From: Xylographa opegraphella
Taxonomy: Eukaryota
Assembly: GCA_022813865.1 (NCBI GenBank)
Contig: JALDZX010000022.1
Coordinates: 310,001 to 346,603 of the forward strand
Direction of reading: 5' to 3'
Length of the DNA stretch: 36,603 nt
Below, in pieces: positions 24,368 through 34,514 of the stretch; positions within the stretch are counted from its first letter, which is position 1, and every line of letters starts with the position of its first letter. A model generated the notes under the pieces. The model was not told the origin of the DNA. It searched no databases and worked only from the letters and a program-made list of their open reading frames with translations. The translations under genes and the position numbers were made by a program.

Positions 24368-25147
24368 TGTGGGAGATGAGGTGGAGGAGGTCGGGAAGGT
24401 GGGTAGGGAGAGTGGGAATGAGTGGTGGTGAGGGGGAGGGGCGTAAATTGTGGGTGGGATTGAGATGGGATGGGTTAGGAGCTACGTAGTCATAGGGAGA
24501 GTCCATGGCCGGGTAAGATAAGCATTGGCTCACATTGGGCGTTTACCCTGAGATCTTCCTGGACGGATTTGGATCGCACCCCACGAGATTCCTTTCTTGG
24601 CTCTTTGAGCCTGCCGGGAGTCCTTTCTCGTCAGGCAGTACGAAGTATGAAAGCTCCTACCGTAATGAGAGATCTGGTAGCAATTCCAGGCAGATTCTGG
24701 CTTAGATTATGACTTTTATCTGCGATGCTAATCATTGGTACCCTATATTGCCGCAATGCTTTTGAGTTCCATCACATTTACGATGAACTCGCGATTTGTT
24801 TAGAAGGAGTTTGATGCTATGATGGTCTGTCGAGCTTGCGTTTGATGAGCTGTGATTGTTATATCACGAACGGTGCTGGTTGTTTTGTGCTCGGAAAGCA
24901 TAATTATTGACGTTCAGGCGGTTGAGTGAGTAATTGATGACCGGCCAGAGATCAATAGCGCCGACTATATGCCGGGGAAGTCGAGGTATATTAGCAACAA
25001 CTCAAAGCTCTGACTCAGGAGCAGCTTCCAGGAAGAGACAGCGTTAATACGCAGCTCACATCTATCTGCATGAACAGAATCACACAATTTTGAGTGGTAG
25101 CACCCAGATTCTATCAATCCCACGATGATGAACAGCGACTCTTACCT

Positions 25148-26199
25148 TCAGCTCATTGTTCGCCTCTCAACCCGTATGTGAGTCATCTCACACTCACGGC
25201 CATGATAAATCTCCATGTTCATCAATCCCCGATCGTCCAGATCCAACAGTTTATCGTTATGGTCGGCTCGTACAGGATACCAGTGTTCGCCAGACCTCCA
25301 CCTCAATGTATCCCTGTAGCTCCATCCTGCCCAATTGGCTTTCTCTGCACAGCTGTATATCCCTTCGATTTTGGAACTCTGCATTTGGCCATTCCCTCTC
25401 CAACCATATGTATATTTCCACGTCTCAACCACCACCACATATACCCTGACCGAAGAGTTCGCGGTGTTTAGCGATTGGTTATACTATCGATGTCATGTCC
25501 TTCCACCATAAACCCTGTTGTATAATATTCTGTCGATTTTGCTGCCATGCCAAATCTCTTCACCGTTGTCGTAATCATCCAGATCATACTCAGTCTCCAC
25601 ACCAACCTCCCATTTAACGACACGTTTAAACACGCGAACAGCGAGCTGCCCTTGTTGGTCCGTATATAGCTTGTGGTCGACCGGATTAATGCGGTATACG
25701 TAATGGAAAGTCCAGCGGATTGCGGTCAAAGCCTCTTCGCGGGTTTCGAATGTGCCTACATGTTCTCTGGACGTATTTTGCCACGGATCTTGCAGGCGAT
25801 GTACGCTCTGTAACAAGGTGTCGCTCCTTCGACATTGTGCGCCTCGTTTCTGTCTGCTTCTGGTTCTTCTTCTTCCACTTTGGGCTCCTCGGGATCCAGA
25901 TGCTCCCGCGCTACTCCGTCCTCCCTTTCGTACTCTGAGTCACTTGTCTCCGTACATAAGTCGGTAATATTGTTGCCAGTGGCTTTTGCAATGGCTTGTG
26001 AGCGGTGGAGCACCGACCGGGATGGGTTTTTCACACCGGAGTTACGGGCCCGAGAGAGTATACTGCTCTTACGCGGTGCAAGTGAGCCATGAGAAGCTGG
26101 AACTTTTGAGGTAGGCACTCTGTTTGGATAGTATTCACTCTTAGCGATGTTGACATAAGTTAGGGTTCACGCGTAGACGCGAGGCTCGATTGACGTCAT
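25148..26199 (-). pseudogene. Decayed hypothetical gene with acidic N-terminal region and two copies of a Y-x-V/I...G-x-F/Y-x-x-x-E-x-A module
   Basis: Tentative first exon 26199-26171 with intron 26170-26120. There is a frame change near 25760-25810. ORFs 25493..25816 and 25148..25438 are in the same frame, separated by TGA (25493-25495) and TAG (25484-25486). Modules are VGTFETREEALTA and IEGIYSCAEKANWA. Confidence 0.5.
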
Positions 26200-26454
26200 G
26201 CCTATTTCGGAATGCCCCCACAATGGTTGTCCATGAGAACCTTTCTGACATGTACAAATCTTATAAATTTCAAAAACTCGCCAGTGTATCATCCCGATTA
26301 CACAGCAATCAATTGGAGAATCTTTCTATTTCCCGGAACGTTTGTTGCTATTATTTTGTATGCTATGTTTCTTGTTACAGGAAAAACACTCCACCGGGGT
26401 ATGAAACTGCGTGACGAATGATAATAAAAGCATTCGACCAAATGAAGCTCTTGA

Positions 26455-27639
26455 TCATCCGCTAAAAACTCCTCCAGCCTCAATCTCATCAAAGGCTTTC
26501 ATGGTATGGTCCCACACTTTCCCGGCGAGACCCTCTTCTCGAAGTTTCTTGTAGGTCTCCTTCAGAGGGATCGTTTCTCCATCTGAATTACAAGCATATG
26601 CCCCACTGCCACAATTACCATCCGTTCCGACCGCTATCTCAGCAGATCCGTTGTTAGCATTCGCTTTCTCGCTATCTGCTGCCATTTCATCTTTTATTGC
26701 TTGTCGTGCCGGGTAGCGAGGTGTTGCAAGAAAAAGGATCCGCTGCCCATTCTCCTCAGGTGAGACACTCGATGGCCGGACGAACGGCGCTGATAGCCGG
26801 AATGCGAACTTGAACCATGTCGGCAAGCCTGCACTGGAGAACGCCTCGGTAAAGACGAGACCTGGATAGACGTGGACCAGACTGAGATGCCCAGGATTTT
26901 GTTCGGCCAATTTCTCCATGAAGAGTGTGGTCATGTATGTAACATGGGACCTTACGTTTGCTTGGCCGTAGTGCTGTGGGGTGCGGAGTGAAAGGTCTTC
27001 CGAGAGGAGTTTGGCCTCCTTCCCTGCAGAATAGACCGATACAATGTGTGCAGGAAGCGGAGACGCGCGAAGAAGAGGTAGGAGCTTCATAACGAAACGC
27101 ATACGTGAGTAGTACAACAGAGACATGCTCATGTCGAGCCCTTCTTTCGTTTCTGTTTTACACATCAACAGGTGATCAAACTTAAAACTATCCGCAAGTG
27201 GAGGTACGGTAAAAGATACAATGAAAGAGAATAATATACCTGTTCGTGGCTGAAACAGAAGCGGGAAATAGTGATGGCTCATAACCAATAGGTCCACTCT
27301 TCCATGGCCACCTTTCGCATTCTCCTCCTCCTCCATTCGTGTAATATCAGAACAAACATGGTCCACATCCTTAAGCAAAGCCAGGTCACCTGCTTGAACG
27401 AATCGGAATTGGCCCCTTGGACATACGTGAACGCATTCCGCGATGATCTTCTTAGCAGCCTCTGCGTTTCTTCCAACGATGTACAAGCGGAGTCCCTTGC
27501 CTTGGTCAGAGTGGGCGGCAGCTAGAGCACGAATCGTATTTTCCCCAATGCCAGACGTACCGCCGACGAACACGGCAACAAGCGGCTGGGTCTTGACGAG
27601 TGTAGAGTTACACGAGCGGACACGGTCAATTTGAACCAT
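26455..27639 (-). CDS. Short-chain dehydrogenase/reductase-like NAD(P)-binding oxidoreductase
   Basis: Rossmann motif VAVFVGGTSGIGE, plus YIVGRN, ETKEGLD...LLYYSRMRF and LVHVYPGLV. One 87-bp intron at 27239-27153 (GTATAT...AACAG). Confidence 0.9.
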   Translation of the reverse strand: MVQIDRVRSCNSTLVKTQPLVAVFVGGTSGIGENTIRALAAAHSDQGKGLRLYIVGRNAEAAKKIIAECVHVCPRGQFRFVQAGDLALLKDVDHVCSDITRMEEEENAKGGHGRVDLLVMSHHYFPLLFQPRTGILFSFIVSFTVPPLADSFKFDHLLMCKTETKEGLDMSMSLLYYSRMRFVMKLLPLLRASPLPAHIVSVYSAGKEAKLLSEDLSLRTPQHYGQANVRSHVTYMTTLFMEKLAEQNPGHLSLVHVYPGLVFTEAFSSAGLPTWFKFAFRLSAPFVRPSSVSPEENGQRILFLATPRYPARQAIKDEMAADSEKANANNGSAEIAVGTDGNCGSGAYACNSDGETIPLKETYKKLREEGLAGKVWDHTMKAFDEIEAGGVFSG

Positions 27640-29275
27640 GGCGGTGGAGAAGCTGGGATGTGAAATGAAATTGCAAACAAACGAAAGGTTTCAAGCTATC
27701 CTGTAAGAAAAATGGAGGTGGGAGCGACGGATATATATGCAAAGGGCAGTCAACTTATTCTGCCTGGTCCTCGTATACCGTATATCGATCCACTTTGGGA
27801 TTTGACCCATCGCGCGAAACGCTAACGGGATGCGGTAGAAATACCACTGTCCATGTGCACGGGCCACGGGAACTTGGAAGTTGTATCGACAATCTACCTG
27901 AAAGCGTTAGTGCTCGGTTACACACACGGCCGTAAGAATGTCGACTTCGATCGCAACCAGAACTTCGCTTTCGAATAGTCACGTAGTTTGGCGCGCTCTC
28001 AACAAGGTGCTGATTCGTCTGTTCAACATCTTACCCCGTTGATTGCGTACCTGATTATACTAATTCCATCTTTCTCGACTGTGCTCCACAGAAAGAGACT
28101 TGATGGTCTCATGGCAAGGTATCGGATTGTAGTTGTCACTCACAGTCTCTCCGCCAGAACAGCGGTCACAGTAATCTCAGACATCGCCGCTAAAAATTCT
28201 CATCCATGAACACGCCAGAGCTCATCTCGTCCGGACCGCAACGTTATCTGATAGGTCGACTGCTGCCATGAGGTTGGTCGCGGTCCATTATTGACTGGTC
28301 TGGAAGTGACCATATCTTGAACTCGGCAGCATCAAAGCCAGAACTGCCACTGTGAAATCCGCGTATAGCGCATGCATGTGACTGATCAACGGGCATCCAT
28401 CTTGCGGCTCTAACCTCGAGGATCCAGTACTGCAAGAAGTCAAAGCTAGAAATCAGATACCAGTATTCATTATTGTTATGTAGAGCTAGCCCTGGAGCCT
28501 TCGAGATTGAAGCACTTCACCACACAAGTTGCAGTCCAAGCATGATACAGATGGTAAAGGTACTGCAATAGCCAAGACGCAGTGTTATGCTGAGAAGTCC
28601 TTGGTTGGCGTGTATTTCCAGGTCTTTAATCCTAACATCACATAGCCCAGTCTCACTCTTTGTCGACTTCTGCTGCTATTACGGGTTCTGGCAATAGTAA
28701 AGGCGGTTTTTGGATCTGGCTTGTGTGATCCACAACTTTTGAGGCCGTGACATTAGCAATTACTTGCGACACATTTTGTCGACAACGGAGAGGGCTTGCG
28801 GACGCCAGATCTTAGAGCTCGGGACGTCGAACAGGAATTACAACACATGGCTGTCTTCCTACGAAAGCTATCAGAGCAGCATTTGTGGTTGATTTTGTGC
28901 ATCTTGACCGGCACATGCTTGCTTCTTAGAGGACTGTACAGGACTAGACCTCATCTTACCACCGGTGTAGTGATCTTGTGTGATACGTATGACAGCGCAT
29001 CCATCAATTTCGAGTCATGACCGGGTAACCTTGACCCGTTGCGGCAATTGGCTGTTGAGACTCGAGGACTTCTTGTCGTCAAGACTCGTTCAAGCAAGCT
29101 CCTTGTCTGAACAAATCTCACAGTGGATATATATGGATCATATGGTCTCGTGACATCTGATCAGATTAGATATCGGTAACTGCGTACTTCATAAATCAAA
29201 TCCACTATCTAGACTTTTCGCATTTCCGCAGTCTTTTCCCCCCCACTTGTGTACAAGCTTTCCAACGCAAGTATC

Positions 29276-30822
29276 ATGGCTTCCAAATTTGCAACCCGCG
29301 TTCTGGAGGAGCTCGGCTGCATTTCAATCTACAACTCACCACTTGATACGAAGCTTCTCTGTATCCAGCGTTTCGTGCGTCTCTTTGCATATGGAGGGTC
29401 AACCCTCATCCTCGTATCGTATCTCACTGCACTTGGAATCTCTAAGAGTCGAATCGGGCTTTTCATGACATTGACGCTGGTGGGCGATGTTTTCATCAGT
29501 CTGTTCTTGACACTATTCGCCGACGCATTGGGAAGAAAGGCAATACTGGCGCTCGGAGCATTGTTGATGTCAGCCAGTGGCGTGGCCTTTGCGTTGAGTG
29601 GAAACTACTGGGTTTTACTGGCTGCTGCCATCTTCGGCGTTATAAGTCCTGGGTACGTTCACCCCTTCCACCATGGGTTCGATACTGAGTTCTTGGTACT
29701 AGAGGAAACGAAGTAGGACCCTTTCGTGCAATAGAGGAATCAGTTGTCGCCCACCTTACGCCCGCCTCAAACCGTAGTGATGTGTATGCATGGTATTCAC
29801 TTGTCGGTACAGCTGGGACAGCTTTCGGAATTATGACCTGTGGTTGGATAGTGAGTAGCCTCCAGTCGACGAAGGATATGGACAATGTCAGCGCTTATCG
29901 ACTGGCTTACTTCGGATATGCGGCTCTTGGTTTGGTCAAGTTCATATTAGCATGTGGGCTCAGTAGAAGAGTCGAAGTTGACAAAGCTCCGGCGAAGGAC
30001 GATCCAGCCACCAGACCACTGCTGGAGAACGAAGTTGGACCGGAGGCAGGAAAGAGGCCGAAGAAGTCGGTAATCCCTTCTATCAGCAAGGCGAGCAAGG
30101 GCATTGTGGTCAGCTTGTGCATTCTGTTTGCTTTGGATGCATTTGCTTCAGGGCTAGCACCAATGTAAGCACTCTGATCTTGAAGGCAAGCAGAAAGAAT
30201 TCATTAATCATTATTCCTTCTTCAGGTCCTGGGTCACATATTTTTTCAGACAAAAGTTTGATCTCCATGAGGGAAGACTAGGCTCTCTCTTCTTTACAAC
30301 AAGTATCATTGCGGCTGTTTCAATGCTATTGGCCAGTTCTATTGCTAAAAGGATCGGAAACGTCAAGGTAGGACTAACTGTCCAACGCATCCTTTCGATC
30401 CTCCCGCGTTGCACATACAATTTCTAACGATCTCACAGACGATGGTCTTCACTCATCTCCCATCTGCCATAGCACTTTCGCTTATCCCTGTGCCTTCTTC
30501 CTTAACCGGCGCGATCGTCTTTCTTGTCCTCCGCTCCTGTACTCAATCAATGGACGTGGCACCTAGATCTGCATTCCTAGCCGATATCATCCTACCCAAC
30601 GAGCGGACCGCGGTCATGGGCGTTATCAATGTCGTCAAAACCTGCAGTCAAAGCATAGGACCTTCAATAACGGGCATTCTTGCTGATCACGACTTGTTCT
30701 GGGTCGCGTTTGTTATCGCTGGAAGTCTCAAGGCAACCTATGATCTTGGGATGCTCGCCACGTTCTTGGGGCACGAAAAGCGTGACGAGGAGGAGGCGCA
30801 GGTGGAGACAAGCAGCACATGA
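29276..30822 (+). CDS. Major facilitator superfamily transporter (YJR124C-like)
   Basis: Exons 29276-29652, 29703-30164, 30226-30367 and 30439-30822 splice in frame. MFS motif FADALGRK; family-type motifs SPGGNEVGPFRAIEES, TMVFTHLPSA, QSMDVAPRSAFL and ERTAVMGVINVVKT; multiple TM segments. Confidence 0.92.
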
Positions 30823-31057
30823 GATTGTAACATGTTACTTGTGGTTGTAATCATTCATGAGATATCAAACTTTGGTCTCGTACGTGATCCCAGCTTCAAG
30901 TGTGATGCAGTCTTTGAGGTTGGCACGATTCAAATTACAGAAAGTCAAAAGATGTTCTATACTGCATCGAAACTTACCTGGATTGGAGTAATGAAGAGGC
31001 CCGTCTTCCGATCAATGATGTCTTTTCGAAGCAAAAAACCTACCCCAATACGGCAGC

Positions 31058-31459
31058 TTAAAAATTCAAGCTGATATTATCCACGTCAAAATTCTCGGGC
31101 GACTCTCCGACGTCCGAGAAGCGGCCCCAACGCTCTAGTCGGCTGGTACAAGCTTCAACCTCCCCGTCCTCAAGTGTGAACGGGCCAAAATTGTCCAGGA
31201 GTTCTTGTTCCCATTGCACAAGCTCGGATGCCGCGCGCTGCTTACCGTTCGAGATCTGCTCGGCTTCCTCTTGCTCACGGTCGCACTTCAAGCACTGGCG
31301 ATCCCGGATGACCGTAGAGGTCTGCTCGATCCTACGTTCACAGCGCAAGGTATCGTGCTTGTCGAAAACTGCGTATGGGCAGCACCAGAATTCTGGTTGG
31401 GGCCTCGAGCGGATGTTGCAGGTGCGGCAGACGATGAAGATTGAGTGGATACGACACAT
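31058..31459 (-). CDS. Small Cys-rich protein B (133 aa; MCRIHSIFIVCRTC...QCLKC + acidic tail)
   Basis: CCACCATG start context; 8 Cys in the first 59 aa; no signal peptide; Cys spacing shared with proteins A and C. Confidence 0.65.
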   Translation of the reverse strand: MCRIHSIFIVCRTCNIRSRPQPEFWCCPYAVFDKHDTLRCERRIEQTSTVIRDRQCLKCDREQEEAEQISNGKQRAASELVQWEQELLDNFGPFTLEDGEVEACTSRLERWGRFSDVGESPENFDVDNISLNF

Positions 31460-31533
31460 GGTGGAGGAGTATGTCGGTACCGGGTGCTGCGGAGGGTGAA
31501 GAGGGAGGGCTATTTTGACAAATGAGGCTGCTG

Positions 31534-31584
31534 TGCTGGTTGCTGGTGCTGGTGCTGGTGCTTTTGCTGGTGCTGTTGCTGGTC
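31534..31584. repeat. Imperfect (GCTGGT)n hexamer repeat upstream of Cys-rich gene B
   Basis: Directly visible. Confidence 0.8.
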
Positions 31585-32064
31585 AATCGATAGGCACGGC
31601 GTCAGGGGCATCATATGTGTGATGGGGGCACAAAAGGCATTGTGATCCAGGGAAGGGGGAAGAAAAGATATTCTTCCCTAACAAAGACGCTGAATGGTAT
31701 CAGCTTTGTCTTACGGAAGTAATGAACGAAATTGTTCATTTCCGCGCCTCCTTTGTCAGAGCAGAATAAGATTGTTTTGCAAAGCCAGTGTCACAAGCAA
31801 TATTGCAACCGACAGGGCTTCCATTGTCCCATGGAATTGGTTCCAGAATGGCTGTTCCTTGCCTTTGTCTGATCAGATTACACGAAAGGGAAACAGAGAA
31901 TGATCCACACACCCCACAACGCACGCCACACTCCATGATCCACGCTCCACACGCTCCCCACGATACACTCAGACCGCTCGCTCATGACAACCTCAGCTCT
32001 CAACCACTGAGTCACCTTCCACAGCCACCAAAAGACACCCCGAGATCAATAATCCTCTCCCACC

Positions 32065-32322
32065 ATGACTGACGCCCAGCTGCACGACTTCGCCGACCAG
32101 GCACTCATGGCTCTCAACGAAGTGCTAATCCTTTTCGTCGTGGCCACTTGTTTCTTTCCAACGCGGTTCAGATCCATTTCAACCGCATCGGATGTCCTCT
32201 TCGCCGTTGCCTACCTGGTTGGGCTCCTACTCGCCGTCAGGCGGTTGTTTGACTTTGTCCATCGCGATCAGATCGAGATTTATTACCGATCACGATTCTA
32301 TAGAGGTTTTCAGGATTGGTGA
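32065..32322 (+). CDS. Hypothetical 85-aa protein with two hydrophobic segments
   Basis: CCCACCATG start preceded by a C/A-rich leader; hydrophobic stretches VLILFVVATCFF and VLFAVAYLVGLLLAV. Confidence 0.45.
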   Translation: MTDAQLHDFADQALMALNEVLILFVVATCFFPTRFRSISTASDVLFAVAYLVGLLLAVRRLFDFVHRDQIEIYYRSRFYRGFQDW

Positions 32323-32962
32323 TGTCCTTGGCGAGTCGTCTTAGGAATCTGGGGTGGGGGAGGGGGTATGCTTTTGGAGGCTATGGGGTCTTTGGGGTAG
32401 TGAATTTTGAGAGAGAGAGATGGCATAGGAAATATGAAGGGAATGATAAGATGGGTGTTCCTCAGAAGAGCAAATTCTCTCGTGGGCACTGCTGTTGTGG
32501 TACGCCGAGCTCTGTCGGTATCATTCCTGTCTTTCGATCTCATAAAGAGAGTCGATCTACCTCGCAATTATCCTAGCATCAGACGTCGATGATTTGTCAA
32601 GGACAGGGGTGCTGCTTTCTGTACTCATTCGGTTGACGACTCATATAAGGACCAATCCGCGAACGTATCGACCATTACACTGACTATTCTCAAGAGGGAC
32701 CTACCTTGCTAGATTCGCATGGAAACCCAGCATGCCATTTACCGTTTCTCGAACTCTCATGTCTTTGTCAACCCCTATTGTCCAACAAACCCTTTGCAAG
32801 GCGGCTGCCCAACATACGATTCTCTGCAAGCCTTAATTACCATAAGCACAGCAAAGAAACGATAAAAACCAGTGAATCGATACCCGTATCGACTACCTAC
32901 AACAAACCACTACCCCCAACTCCGCAAACCCAGCCCCTCAACAAAGAAAAACAGACCCCCCC

Positions 32963-33247
32963 TCAATACAACCCCGTAAACACAACGACACCCCCACCTC
33001 CACCACTCGGTCTCGGCCTCCAATACCGCTCCCACCAATTACCCTCCTCGCGCCTCAGCCGCAGCCTTGCTTGCTCGCGGTAGAAGCGCCTCTCGGCGCA
33101 CGCGCCACAGGGCCGCTTGTCGATGAACTCCCGGCTGCGGTAGACGGTGCATTTGGAGCCGTGCCCGGAGCAGCCGCAGTCGCACCACTGGTCTTTTTTG
33201 ATCTTGCCGCAGCAGCCGTGGATGAAGGTGCGTTGCTCGCAGCCCAT
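32963..33247 (-). CDS. Small Cys-rich protein C (94 aa; MGCEQRTFIHGCC...PCGAC + R/E-rich tail)
   Basis: ACAATAATG start context; GC3-rich codons; 9 Cys in the first 50 aa; no signal peptide. Confidence 0.65.
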   Translation of the reverse strand: MGCEQRTFIHGCCGKIKKDQWCDCGCSGHGSKCTVYRSREFIDKRPCGACAERRFYREQARLRLRREEGNWWERYWRPRPSGGGGGVVVFTGLY

Positions 33248-34514
33248 TATTGTGGCGAAACTTGGGGTTGGGTTTTGTTAGGGGTGGATGGAAATGGATT
33301 GTTGGAGACGGTTCTGGCATATGTTTGGAAGAGAGGGGGGGGGGCGGTGGTTGGTGTGGGTGGGGGTTGGGGGTAATAATAATGATTGGGACATAAAGGG
33401 GAAGCTTGGGCCGTCGTCGAGGGGGGTGAGGGATAAAGGAATCCGTTTTTTGTGTGTGTGTTGGGCGATAAAGCGACAATGCGGTGTACAATGATATGAT
33501 CCAGGCTTGGTATCAGACAAGGCCGAAGCAGCCACTCCGGGAGGAACACACTTGTTGGCAGGGCAAAAGGGACAAGGCATTCGTATGGTATGTCATTCAG
33601 AGCTTTTTTTTGGGTACCTCGGTATGACATTCGGAGCTTTTTTGGGGTATGCCATTCAGAGTTCTTTTCGTGTGGCAGAGCGAGTAGAGATGCTGTCAAG
33701 TCATAACTGCCATTCATAAGCGTAGAAGAAACATACAAAAGAAATTTCATCCAGTTATGCGCTCCAGCTTACCTTGGCCGTCCAGGCGCAGGCGGCCAAG
33801 CTGCCTTGTTGCCGTCTCCTTGTATCTATCCCGATGTTTCTTCCATTGATCCATCCTCCGCGTCTCCTACCGCGGCGTTTCCAGCTACCAGCACCGTGTG
33901 ATCCATCAGATCCGCGTTATGGTTACCGTAGTTTAGAATTTGTCGCACTCCTTCCTGATTAGCGCGTATTCATACTCTGTGGGCGGAGGCCCCGTCTTCT
34001 ATATCCATGACAGGTGAGGCGCAGCAACACCAGATCGTGGACCGTCGACGGTTGGTGATGATATCTCTAGATAGGTCCCGATCTCACTGTTCTCTGGATG
34101 TGAACCTGGCTTGGCGGTCTGTAGGTAAGCTCTGCCCCTTTGCTAGCGGCAGTAGCGGTCGCTTGAGAACATTTTAGCCTCGAGCTGCTTTGGAAGGAGT
34201 GGTCCAAAGGGCTGCATGTCAGGACTGAGTGCCCAAGATTAATGCCATCGCGAGCATTCTTCTGACTCTTGCGATCTGCAGAGGAGACGTCAACAGTGTA
34301 GACTTTGCAGAAGACAAGGAGGAGTAGCTCGAATAGATAACTTGAAAGAGATTTCAGTGGACAAAGAAGCGAGCTGTTGTGGGGAGTATCGTGGGTACAT
34401 TTCCTGTGCAAGTAGTACATGTCCATCCACCGTTCGCTACTGCCAATGATAGAGATACGGAAAAATCCATATATATAACGCAGTCCAGCAACCCCGACCC
34501 TACCATGACTTCAA

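Noticed and set aside
33250..34500. ORFs of 60-167 aa
   Set aside because: Low-complexity or motif-less, and overlapping the leader of Cys-rich gene C or 3' regions.
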